This document shows positions 53,155 through 64,000 of a stretch of 64,000 bases of DNA, in pieces. Each line of letters opens with the position of its first letter. The first letter of the stretch is position 1. Below the pieces are notes generated by a model. That model saw only the letters and a program-made list of their open reading frames with translations, made no database searches and was not told where the DNA came from. The stretch is taken from assembly GCA_964016885.1 (NCBI GenBank), contig OZ024742.1, positions 268,088,001 through 268,152,000 on the forward strand, in the 5' to 3' direction. This DNA is from Eledone cirrhosa. Its lineage: Eukaryota. A program made the translations under genes and the position numbers.

Positions 53155-53160
<6 letters not shown>
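50910..53160 (-). mobile_element. Neptune-type Penelope-like element (RT, Cys linker, GIY-YIG, pseudo-LTR), 5'-truncated (family C; hammerhead 50976-51011)
   Basis: PGRPIVSACSCPT, GVAMGTRM.PNYA.LFVG, RYIDD, VTFLDI, IKPTD, AFKRARNLRDLLV, LYIGQTGRR; TCTG-CTGATGA-AGGAC TAGC GTCC-GGAA-CG-TT-AAGA. Confidence 0.9.
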
Positions 53161-53223
<63 letters not shown>

Positions 53224-53228
<5 letters not shown>

Positions 53229-54390
53229 TGTTATACTTTGGGAGGGTCATGTTGCTAATAAGAAACACACGCACCAGCTGCTTTCACTTCAATTTATTAT
53301 ATATTTATAAATTTACAAATTTATAAATTTATAAATTTCTGGTTGGTTGGTTGGTTCCACAACCAGATAGTTGTTTATATATAGTCATAGTCCTTTCGTC
53401 ACACACTCTGTGACCTCTTCAGTGTCTGGGGATTCCTTTCTTTGTTTCTGTGCCTCTCCTTTGTTCTGTCCTACGCCATTTTGTTTCTGTGTGTGTGTTG
53501 TGTGCTCAGTTTGCGCATGCGCCACATCCCTCATGTATAGATAAGAAATGTATAACCTGTAAAATAAGCCCCCATATTAACTGTAAAACTAGAAATGTAG
53601 TGTATAGCATAAGATGTACTGAAGCACAATGTAGAAACAAAAATCTAGTGTACATAGGTGAGACAGCTCGTAGTATAGGGGAACGGATAAATGAACACTG
53701 GCGAGACCTTCAAGATAATAAAAATCATCTGTACTCTACCAACATGCTAAGATAGAACACAAGGGTAAATTAGAGAACATAGAAATAAAAATAGAATCTA
53801 CACACAGAAAAGATGCAATGTTTAGACACATTACATTACAGAGGCAATAAACATAAAAGAATTACAACCAAAATTAAATAGAAAATATGAGTGGAACAGC
53901 AACATCACAACTTACAATTAAGGACAAAATGAAAACACACACACATAGAACAAACAACCAACCAATAACATGTAAATAAATAAATAAATAAACAAATAGA
54001 TAAATGAACATAAACACACACAGACACCCGCATGTGGCGCATGCGCAAACTGAGCACACAACACACACAGAGAAACAAAATGGCGTAGGACAGAAGAAAG
54101 GAGAGGCACAGAAACAAAGAAAGGAATCCCCAGTCACTGAAGAGGTCACAGAGTGTGTGACGAAAGGACTATGACTATATATAAACAACTATCTGGTTGT
54201 GGAACCAACCAACCAACCAGAAATTTATAAATTTATAAATTTGTAAATTTATAAATATATAATAAATTGAAGTGAAATCAACTGGTGCGTGTGTTTCTTA
54301 TTGGCAACATGACCCTCCCAAAGTATAACAATATCGGTTTCAACACACGATTTCAGATAAAGAATCTTGCTAAACAAATTCAGAAACGAA
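53224..54390 (+). mobile_element. Family E Penelope-like element, GIY-YIG only, with inverted pseudo-LTR
   Basis: RNVVYSIRC..LVYIGETARSIGERINEH; 53224-53526 is an inverted copy of 54031-54333. Confidence 0.9.
54132..54176 (+). ncRNA. Type I minimal hammerhead (family E); inverted copy at 53383-53427
   Basis: AGTCA-CTGAAGA-G GTCACA GAGTG TGTGAC-GAAA-GGAC-TA-TGACT. Confidence 0.75.
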
Positions 54391-54603
54391 ATATATATAT
54401 ATATATATATATATACATACACATATATTTATAAAAATAACAGATTAAAGTTTAACAAAAGAATCGCTGCTTTCGCCCTTAACAGGATCTTTTGAAACTC
54501 AGGAAATATAAATATTTGCTCTACGGTTCTTATATATCTGATATATATTTATCCTTGTCGAGCTCTCTCTTTGGATTTTAGTCTTCAAATTTAATATTAT
54601 TAC

Positions 54604-54635
<32 letters not shown>

Positions 54636-54734
54636 CATAACAGTTAAAACAAAAAACAAAAACAAAACGAAGAGTGCAGTACAAAGTGTTAGTATTAGGT
54701 TCACGCTTGAAACTGAGGATGATATATATATATT

Positions 54735-56208
54735 TATGAAAAAGTATGACCCCCGACGGCAGAGCTCAAGCCATTTCGACGGCTATTTCTGGACTAAATA
54801 AGAATTTTTAGCCTGGTAAATAAATAGCTGAACTTCTCAGGTGGTATTTCCTTATATGGGAAGATAGTAATTTTCAAGAGGATTGGTCAAAAATGTGTTG
54901 TAAAGACAGATAAATCTATCATGGCATTTGTCGGGAGGTAGGGTGGCTGAACTTGCCGGTAGAACAAAGAGGGACGGAGGAAACCTAGTCAGGCGATGAA
55001 AGTGAAATCTATACAGCAGATTCTAAGGATAGTTTATAAAAGGTTGATAAAAGTGTACTGGAGAAGAGGAGGGTGTGTGTGTGTGTGTGAAAGAATAGGT
55101 AAATCGAAAGGGAGTAAAAAAACATTATATAAATAAGGAAATAAATATATAAAAACAATTTCTGGTTACTACATTTCTACAATCACCAAATTTCTCATTG
55201 GTATTGCTAAGTTATAGAAAAGTTTAATAAATAAAGAATGCGAAAAATACTAAATACGAGAATGTAGTGAAATAATTTCATAAAGCCGGCTTTACAGGGG
55301 GTCTGATACCGTTGCTAAAGATAGCTAGTAATCAACCAATGCTATCTTACAATGACAGGTTAATAAGTTGAGAAGAAAAAAACCAAAATACTACTACAAA
55401 AATACTAATACAAAATACTAATACAAACATACTAATACAAAAATACTAATACAAAAATACTAATACAAAAATACCACTAAGAAATTTAGAAACCATAGAA
55501 ATGGAGCAGCAACCAGAAAGAAAAAAAAATACTGGGGTCTAACACATCTCCTACAAAAAGCGTAATCGGCCAATTCTATCTTAAAATTAGGGGGGAGGGG
55601 GTACTGACGCTACAGAGGTCCGATGGGCTGCATCGGGGTAGGCGAAAGGTGAAAGAAAGACGAGGAAGAAGATCTGGGGTGGAAGGACTAGGAAGAGATG
55701 GGGGGTAGAAGGAAACATAGAGGAAAAGATAAAGTTACGTCTACATTTGTAAGCAGGGATTACCTCTTACAAAATCGGCAAGTGTGGAGTATTCTTTCAA
55801 CTCCCTCCCTCCTCTTCTCCAGTACACTTTTTTCAACCTTTTATACACTATCCTTAGAATCTGCTGTATAGATTTCCCTTTCATCGTCTGACTCCTTCTT
55901 TGTTCTACCGGCAAGTTCAGCCACCCCTACTTCCCACCAAATGCCATGATAGATTTTTCTGTCTTTACAACACATTTTTGACCAATCCTCTTGACAATTA
56001 CTATTTTCCCATATAAGGAAATACTCCCTGATAAGTTCGGCTATTTATTTACCAGGTTAAAAATTATTATTTAGTCCAGAAATAGCCGTCGAAACGGCTT
56101 GAGCTCTGCCGTCGGAGTCATACTTTTTCCTATTACCCACTCTACTACCCTAAGTATTGAGTACTTTGGTGCGTTATGGTCCATCTGGTTTCTTACCACA
56201 ATTCCTTC

Positions 56209-56212
<4 letters not shown>
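54735..56212. mobile_element. Family B pseudo-LTR-only element, two copies in inverted orientation
   Basis: 54735-55790 is the reverse complement of the 33030-33840 type sequence; 55790-56212 is a plus copy; arms at about 54740-55075 and 55800-56130; no ORF. Confidence 0.8.
56023..56118 (+). ncRNA. Hammerhead variant with extended stem II (family B)
   Basis: ACTCC-CTGATAA-G TT CGGCTATTT..loop..AAATAGCCG T C-GAAA-CGGC TTGAGCTCT GCCG-TC-GGAGT. Confidence 0.7.
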
Positions 56213-56253
<41 letters not shown>

Positions 56254-56256
56254 ACA

Positions 56257-56860
56257 ATTAGTTTAAATCTATACGTATACACTGTATATTGATTAAATTA
56301 CTAAACATCGAAAGCTCAATGTATATAACGCTCAGAGCATAATTGAAACAATTGTAAGCGATATATACGAAAACGGCCACTTGCATATATCTAGTTAAGA
56401 AACAACTAGTATCAATTACATACATATAGAATGACAAATAATAAATGTATTCACCCGTAGAAAGAATCAAGCCAAAAGTTTCTAAATTTCTCTCATACGA
56501 CCGTTTCATGATAAATCCAGAATATGATGCCGATATCACCAATCATCGATCTTAGTAACAAGCATCCTCAAGTCAAGGGAACATCATTCGTTAGTAAGTG
56601 CTTAAGATCTTAATATGTATATCTCAGTCTGTACATTAACTAATCTACTGCCTAAGGAAGACGTTTGAATACAACGCATGCCTCCAAGAAGGAAGGTATT
56701 GCGTGAGACGTTAGGTTGAATCTATACGTATAAAATGTATATTCATTAAGTTACTCGACAAGAAAAGCTCATGAACATTACGCCAACAGCATAATTTATA
56801 AATCTAGTTGAGATACAACCAGTTTTTTTGTACATACATATGGAAGGACAAATAAAATCG
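56257..56860. repeat. Diverged direct repeat (about 56257-56450 and 56710-56860), probable old PLE pseudo-LTR tandem
   Basis: Shared AATCTATACGTATA..TGTATATT.ATTAA.TTACT...GCATAATT...TCTAGTT.AGA.ACAAC...GACAAATAA; degenerate hammerhead between the copies on the minus strand. Confidence 0.55.
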
Positions 56861-56954
56861 TCCAAAATTCGCCTAAAACTACTTAAGGTCTATGTATAAT
56901 TCATTTGATAAATGAATGAGACGTTTCGTCTATCGTTTAAATATATATATATAT

Positions 56955-57517
56955 AGGAACGAGTAGAACCCCGACGGCTGAGCTCAAGCCGTTTCGACGG
57001 CTAATTCTGGACTAAATGAACATTTTTATCCTGGTATATGAATAGCCGAGCTTCTCAGGGGGTAATTCCATATATGGTAAAAGTGATTGTCACAAGGATT
57101 GGTCAAAAGTTTGTTGTTGAGACATAATAATTCTATCATGGCAATTTGTGGAGGGAAGTGGTAGCTGAACCTGCCAGTAGAAGAAAGAGGGAGAGGGGGT
57201 GGAGGAAACCCAGTCGTGCGTTGATAGTGCCAACTACAGCTGGGCAGGATGTCAAAGAAGATACTAGGGAGGGGAGGGGGAGGAAGTCGAAACAATAAGT
57301 AAAACAATATGGGGTAAATATATAGAAAAATATCGAGAGTGTTAAAAAACAATTAAATGTAAAAAACAATTTCTGGTTACTATAACCTAAGGAAAGCTAT
57401 CAAGTCTCTCACTGGTACCGCTAGACTAAAGAAAGGTTTACTAGGTGGGACGGAATTATAATGAGACCCTTTTAAGAGGTATAAGTAAACAACCGAATAT
57501 ATCTTACGGTGACGGGT

Positions 57518-57520
<3 letters not shown>
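56955..57520 (-). mobile_element. Family B pseudo-LTR fragment (hammerhead 56968-57063)
   Basis: Minus strand ACCCC-CTGAGAA-GCTCGGCTATT...AATTAGCCGTC-GAAA-CGGCT TGAGCTC AGCCG-TC-GGGGT. Confidence 0.8.
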
Positions 57521-57549
<29 letters not shown>

Positions 57550-57553
<4 letters not shown>

Positions 57554-60260
57554 CTAACACGTGTTTCAGTGAAGCTACGTAACTATCTGCAGGATCGATA
57601 TTGGCAAGAAAATCCACTAGGGTAGCATGTGGTATTACCGTACGCATATTCAGAGTTACAGCCACAAACTGAATGTGGTGTTTGAAGATATTTGTTTGTA
57701 TACATAAATTATATACATTTTATTTAGACAAAGCACCCATGTATTCATACTTAAGGATATAAGACATATATGTAAATTTGTACCAGATTGATACCTTCAT
57801 ATCAATCAATATATATATGATCGTTGGGATATAAAGGAATTTACGTTATTAATTGAATCGGTGGCTAACGTGAAAATAGCTAATAGATATGTTTTCTTCC
57901 ACAGAAGATATAGGAGTGGTAACAAGTGTAGTTATAATTTGAGACAAGTCGTTAAACATGGAGGTTAATTGATGGAAGTGAAAACGGAACAATGATAGAT
58001 AAGTAGGAAAAACGAAAAGCTTGTTTTAGAAACAGACAAACAAATATTGATATATACGCAAAGATTTCAAATTAAAATGGCCAATGAAAAATTGTGAAGT
58101 GATGTCCAACATTGTCACACATTGCGTTGCGCTGGCTTTGCAGCATTCCTGAGTTAATAGGACTCAACTGTATAGAGACACAGCAACTTATTAATACATT
58201 TAACGGGTGCATAGTTCAGTTGAGTAAAAATTGTTCATCATCGAATACAACTGAGCATTCGTCGTGCATAGGTATACAGAAAAACGGAAATATACACACA
58301 CGCAGATACATTAAGAAACTGGTTAGCACTCAACACTTAGGTTAGTAGAGTACGGTTACATGAAACAGTCGGATCACGACGGCTGAGTTCTACTGTTTCA
58401 ACAGGTTGTTTCACACTGAATCGCAGATGCGTTGGTGATGGAATAACTGTTTCATCAGGAGATATCAATTGGTCCAAATAAGGGCATGCATTATTGATCT
58501 AATTGTAAAGAATTTTTACCAAAGTATCTGGTTTAGTGATTGTTCACACGTCTGTGTACGACTATATGTGCGTTCAAGTGTATATATCCTGACATATATA
58601 GATAAAACAATTGTGGAAAGAGCTGAATTATATTTGTCGCGAATATATGTAAGGGTGTGTGGTGTGTGGGTGTGTTTAATACCTCAGTCAAGTTTTCGTG
58701 ACATTCAGAAGCCAAGAGTATAGAATTGGCGTCGGTTGCATGTCAAAGGATCTAAGCAGTTGATAAAGAATCGTACCCGTTGAAGGAAAAGTGATTTATC
58801 AGCAATGAACCTGCACATTTTCCATTCAGCCGCACACACACAAATCTGAAGATACATCAAGAAGTATTTACTTATCAACATGTATTTTCTAAAGTAGGCC
58901 AAGTGGGGGAATCTGGGTATTTATGATTCTTCTTCTCAATTGACAATCTTTAATTTTAAAGGAAAAACTGAGCTTTGCAAAGAAGTATTTTAAAATATAT
59001 TTGTAGATACGAATTGCGGTGATGGAATCGATAATATAATTCCTATTTAATCGAAAATAAGAAATAACAAAAGATAGATAAAGGCGTCCAGTATACAGGA
59101 ATACAAGTGTGGCGAATTAGCAGGTGATAATTAATTTGATACAATTACTCTGGTTTTCTTAGGTTCCTATAGCGACGATTAGGAGTATAGATTTGATTCA
59201 TATACGATATCCCTGATATGTTGTACCACTGGGTTAGTTGTAGTGATTATATTTCAAAGATTTAGAGTGGAATAGGAAGAATGGGTAACTACTAATTGGT
59301 TATGCACGGTAAGGCCCTAAGTTATTTTCTTTGGTGTGTATTTACTTTGCATGGTGGAGTCGCAGGGGATACCCACATGCAAATATGTAAGTATATTTCC
59401 GCAGTAGAGTGCTAGTGTAGGTGACACTTTAACGCAGCTGTCGTAGGACAAAATGTTGTAGTAGGTGCCTATTTGGGTATATATTTATGTGGCTGAAGGG
59501 TTGGATGTGCGGCTCGGGTAGGTAGAGGATGAGAAGCTTATGTACTTGCTTCATGTGCTGATAATTTAGTTTTAGTGGTGGCATGTGTGTTTTCGTATGT
59601 TACTGTTTGCTCAATTGCTTCAATACGAGCTAATTCTGTGTGCATTTATGGGTGTGTATGTACTCTATATACCTAGCGATGCTTTTGCAGGTGTATTATG
59701 GTACCCTAGAATGCCTGTTGCAGAGTGTGTGTACAATGAATGTTGGGAAACGTAACTTACCAACCTCGATCAGGTTTCCTGATGAAGTTTGTCTGGAATA
59801 GTGCTCGTATGTGCGTGAACGCTAGTTCTGTGTTATTTTCTCATTAGTGTTAGCGTTTGCTATTAAACATTGTTAGAAGTTATGTTCGTTTGTGCGTATG
59901 TACTCTTTAGATCTAGGAATATGTTTGCCAGTTTGGATACAATATATTGTGTGCAACTGTAAAATGATAACTTAGGGAACGTATTACCATGTTTATATGT
60001 TGGGAAAATAGTCTTATTCTCCTGGCTTGTGAGAAGGTCTGAAATTGAGATATATTTTGTAAATCCTGTGTTTGAACAAGGGGACCACTTCCCTCAATTT
60101 ATTTAATAATTGCTCCTTGGTAAACAGCATTTGGATTGTCTCATCAGAGCATAAATTTCTGCTTCTATTGCAGGTAGTAATATTATTGCTGTCTTTACTA
60201 TTACTGTCATCATTTATCATGGTATTACGATTGACCCGTCAGATAGTAACCTTCTAAAGG
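57550..60260 (-). mobile_element. Possible very old Naiad-type PLE remnant(s)
   Basis: FRPSHKPGE at 60014-60045 (cf. RPFHKSNE at about 35110); CFM*PYSTNLS near 58330-58365 (cf. WFNPPYS); GAAACACGTGTT at 57556-57567. All weak. Confidence 0.3.
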
Positions 60261-61159
60261 TATATACCCAACTACTTGAACATATATTTCTGTCAATTGA
60301 TTATTACAATTCCAAACGTTTTTCGATTTTCTAAACAGAGTTTGACTTTTAAATATATACACATGAACTTAGCTCGCGGGGATATCACAGATGGTCTGTG
60401 TAGACATTGGTTTTCTCCTTTTTCTGGGGTTTTTTTTTTGTGTTTAGCATTAGCTTATTTGTTTACTATTCTACCGTTTTGTTCAATCATTTTAGTACTT
60501 ATTCATTCTTTTCATTTTCATTTTTTATTGCTTCATTCCTATCTATCTCCTTTCTATTTTACTAACTTCGACTACTCATTTATCTATGTAATTATTTATT
60601 TATATATTTATATATTCTATTTATTCCTCCATTTATTTTTTACATATATCTTTTATTCGTTTATTCTTTTATTGTTTTATTTTGCATACTTACCTATGTA
60701 TTCACTTATTTATCCTTTATACACTGTAAAAATTTAATAGCCACAAACAACACAGACATTCTATAGCCAGGCCATCACGCATGAATGGCATCTGTACCAG
60801 GCACGCATAATTTAACATCTTGACCAGTGAGCGACAATGATTGATGCTAAATTCTTAGTCGTTTTTCCCCTAGGGGTTTCACCAAACATACTTTAGTTGG
60901 AATGACCGATTTCTTCTAACAGCGATTGGTGGAAAACAAAATAACAAATCGGGTGTGTAATAATTCAACAACATTTAGATATGAGTCTAGATGGGAAAGA
61001 ACATATCTCAGGAGTCTTCGATTACCCAGTCTAGAACGAACGCAATCGATCGTTCTTCGAGCTGTTCGGCAGTGAAATATATGTAACATGTGATTAAATA
61101 TGTCTATGATGCAACACTGATATGAACTCTTCTCCCCAATACAATCGATTGCTCATACT

Positions 61160-61360
<201 letters not shown>

Positions 61361-61449
61361 GCTAAAAAAAGAGAAACAACACTCATTGCCGTAACTCTAT
61401 ACTGACATAAAAGCTACAGGCATAATAATAATAATACAATTACTAATAC

Positions 61450-63200
61450 TAGAGATCTTCAAGGTGGCAGATAAGATCAGACAGTTGTTGAGCAAAAGTA
61501 TGTTATCCTGGGAAACAGAATTAACATCGGGTGGAGATTCCTTGGAAGGCATAAAGGTCAATAGAGGTATCTTCCAGGGAGATAGTCTGTCCCCTCTGTT
61601 GTTTGTTCTTGCCCTGATACCCCTGACCATTATACTGCGAAAAGTGAGAACAGGAGAGAAGTTGGGAAAAAGAGAGCTTACCATCAACCACCTCCTCTTA
61701 TTGGACGATCTAAAACTCTTTGGGAAGAGTGAGAAGAAGTTGGGTGTAATTGTTGACACTGTCCGTATTTTCAGCAATGATATATGTATGCAATTTGGTA
61801 TTAATAAGTGTGGAGTCCTAGTGATAAAGAGGGGGTAAATTGAGCAGGAGCAACGGAATCCAGGTACCAACAGGTGAAATGATAAAGGAAATTGACACTG
61901 AAGAAGTATACAAATATTTAGGTGTTCTGGACGCAGATGACATCAAGAACAAAAGAATGAAGGAATTGATAAGATCTGAGTACATTAGGAGAGTAAGTGA
62001 AGTAAATGAGAGTAGGAATGTCATAAGTGAAGTAAATTCCCGAGCTGTGTCTATTATTAGGTACATTGCGGGAATTCTGAGATGGAATGTTGCTGAACAA
62101 AAAGAAATGGATAGGAAGACTAGGAAGCTATTGACTATCTACAAAATGTTCCACGAGAGGAGTGATGTCGATAGACTCCACTTAAAGAGATCTGAAGGTG
62201 GAAGAGGTCTTATCAGCATAGAGGACTGTGTTCAGATTGAGAAAAACAACCTGCACAAATCCGTGACCGACAGTAGGGAGCCAATGCTCAGAATTGTACT
62301 GAAGGAGAGAACAATAGACCAGGGGATGTTCAATGAGGAAATAACAACAAGGAAAAAGAGCAACCTTCATGAAAAATGCCTTCATAGTACCTTCTTTGAG
62401 AAAACTGAATTTAGAGATCAACAGACATGGAACTGGTTAAAAAGAGGAGACCTTAAAAAGGCTACAGAAGGATTGCTAATGGCTGCGCAAGAGCAGGCAC
62501 ACAAAACGAGTGGGTGAAACACCATATTTACAAGGAGGAGGCTAGCCCACTGTGTAGGATCTGTGGAGACAGAGAGGGGACTGTGGCTCACATTGTATCC
62601 GAGTGTAAACACCTAGCCCAGACTCACTACAAATACTGCAGACATGATGTGATGGGCAGGGTGATCCACTGGCACCTCTGCTAAGTAAACAATTTACCAC
62701 ATTCTGAGAAGTGGTATGAGTATAAGCCAGAGTCGGGGATAAAAAACGATCAGGTGAAAGTGCTGTGGGATTTTAGGATACAGACGGATAAGAAACTGGA
62801 ACACAATAGACCTGACCTGGTGGTTGTGGACAAAGAAAAAATATCGTGCCTGATTGTAGATATAGCCTGCCCATTTGAGACGAGAGTGCAAGAAAAGAGA
62901 GGGAGAAAATTAACCGATACCAGGACTTAAAGTGGGATGTAAAAAGGATTTGGAACTGCCATGAAGTCAAAGTGGTCCCGATTGTTATAGGCGCACTAGG
63001 TACTATATCAAAGAGTTTCCAAGGATGGTTAAAGAAAGTTAGTCCAACCCCGCTTTTTGGAACACTTCAAAATGCATGGTTGCTGGGAACAGCAAGAACC
63101 CTCCGATACGTCCTGAATATAAATGAGGCTGCAGATAACGGCTTGATATTCATTTCAACAAACTTTCCAGATAAATAACATCAATGACTGAGACACAAAG
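61450..63200 (+). mobile_element. R4/Dong-like non-LTR retrotransposon, 3' half (RT, CCHC, restriction-like endonuclease)
   Basis: GIFQGDSLSPL, LLDDLKL, YKYLG, EGLLMAAQEQA, CRICGD..TVAHIVSEC, RHD, RPDLVVVDK..IVDIACP, VPIVIGALG. Confidence 0.92.
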
Positions 63201-63215
63201 AACAACAACAACAAC

Positions 63216-63283
<68 letters not shown>
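63200..63283. repeat. (AAC)n(AAT)n tail or target microsatellite
   Basis: Directly follows the R4/Dong-like 3' end. Confidence 0.95.
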
Positions 63284-63292
<9 letters not shown>

Positions 63293-63429
63293 TAAAATGG
63301 CTATAAATGGAAGAAGAAGAACCCCCCCCCCCCCTCCTCTCCTCTGGCTACACTATATAGGACAGCGAAACTCACCAACACCAGAAACTAGATACACCAC
63401 CCACCCCATCATCTGTGTACACTAAACAC

Positions 63430-63660
63430 AACAGCATTTTCACCTTCACCGCCACCGCTCACTACGGCCATCATTACCACCACTATCCCATCACCGCCGC
63501 CACCACCCCCTGACTCCTCCACTGCTGCTGCCACCGCTACAGCACCATCACTACAGTAATACGGTCGCATCACCGCCACCACTGCCTCGGTATCGACATC
63601 ACCGCCACCACTGTCTCAGTATCGCCAACGCCGCTAGTCTCTGCTGGCTACCACTTCCAC
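63430..63660. repeat. (CAC)/(CCA)-rich low-complexity tract
   Basis: Seen directly; short duplicated CATCACCGCCACCACTG at about 63568 and 63597. Confidence 0.7.
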
Positions 63661-64000
63661 ATTATAGAATTCCTACTACTAACAAAGAGGAAGGCATCAA
63701 AATATATAGATAGACTCAAAAGAAAAAAGAAAAAACAAACAACAAAAGCAGCACAGCAACAACAGTAAAAAACGAGAAAAACAGAGAAAAACAAAAACAA
63801 AAAAAGAAACCCCAAAAACGTAAAGAAAATAAGAATGAAGAGAGAAGCAGGCGGACGGACAGAGAAGAGGGGGGAAAAAGTAAAACTTAAAAAACAAAAA
63901 CTAAGTCAGACATTCGAATACTACATTACAATGAAACTTATGCTTATCCATTTTTGGGGCCCTTTCTGCCCGTGTGTTTGTTTGTTTATGTGTGTCCGTA

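Noticed and set aside
60276-60737. 153-aa hydrophobic membrane-like ORF
   Set aside because: T-rich low-complexity sequence like the UTRs of neighbouring elements.
61045-61092. Hammerhead (GCTG ttcgg CAGT-GAAA-TATATG-TA)
   Set aside because: The core reads CTTCGA rather than CTGANGA; too degenerate to call.

Overview
AT-rich, repeat-saturated animal genomic DNA with no intact host gene. Its SINE families and (TA)n/(TG)n microsatellites resemble those I recognise from octopus/coleoid cephalopods; this is inference, not a database result. Almost all ORFs in the track are either microsatellite artefacts or fragments of decayed transposons. These comprise three Tx1/L1-clade LINE copies plus a fragment, RTE and RTE-BovB LINE pieces, R4/Dong-like LINEs, CR1 and CRE-like LINEs, Helitrons, tRNA-derived SINEs and many Penelope-like elements (PLEs). 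Two things stand out. (1) At least seven unrelated families of type I hammerhead ribozymes (about 18 copies) sit in PLE pseudo-LTRs and in ORF-less PLE derivatives; several are in inverted fold-backs and some have recurrent non-canonical cores (U-U at 10.1/11.1; CUGANAA). (2) A heavily decayed, collinear fossil of an aromatic amino-acid hydroxylase with tryptophan-hydroxylase-type motifs lies at about 7.2 kb and 29.8-30.3 kb, split by about 22 kb of later TE insertions and invisible in the ORF track. Element boundaries are approximate (tens of bp); ribozyme and hairpin coordinates were read by eye.
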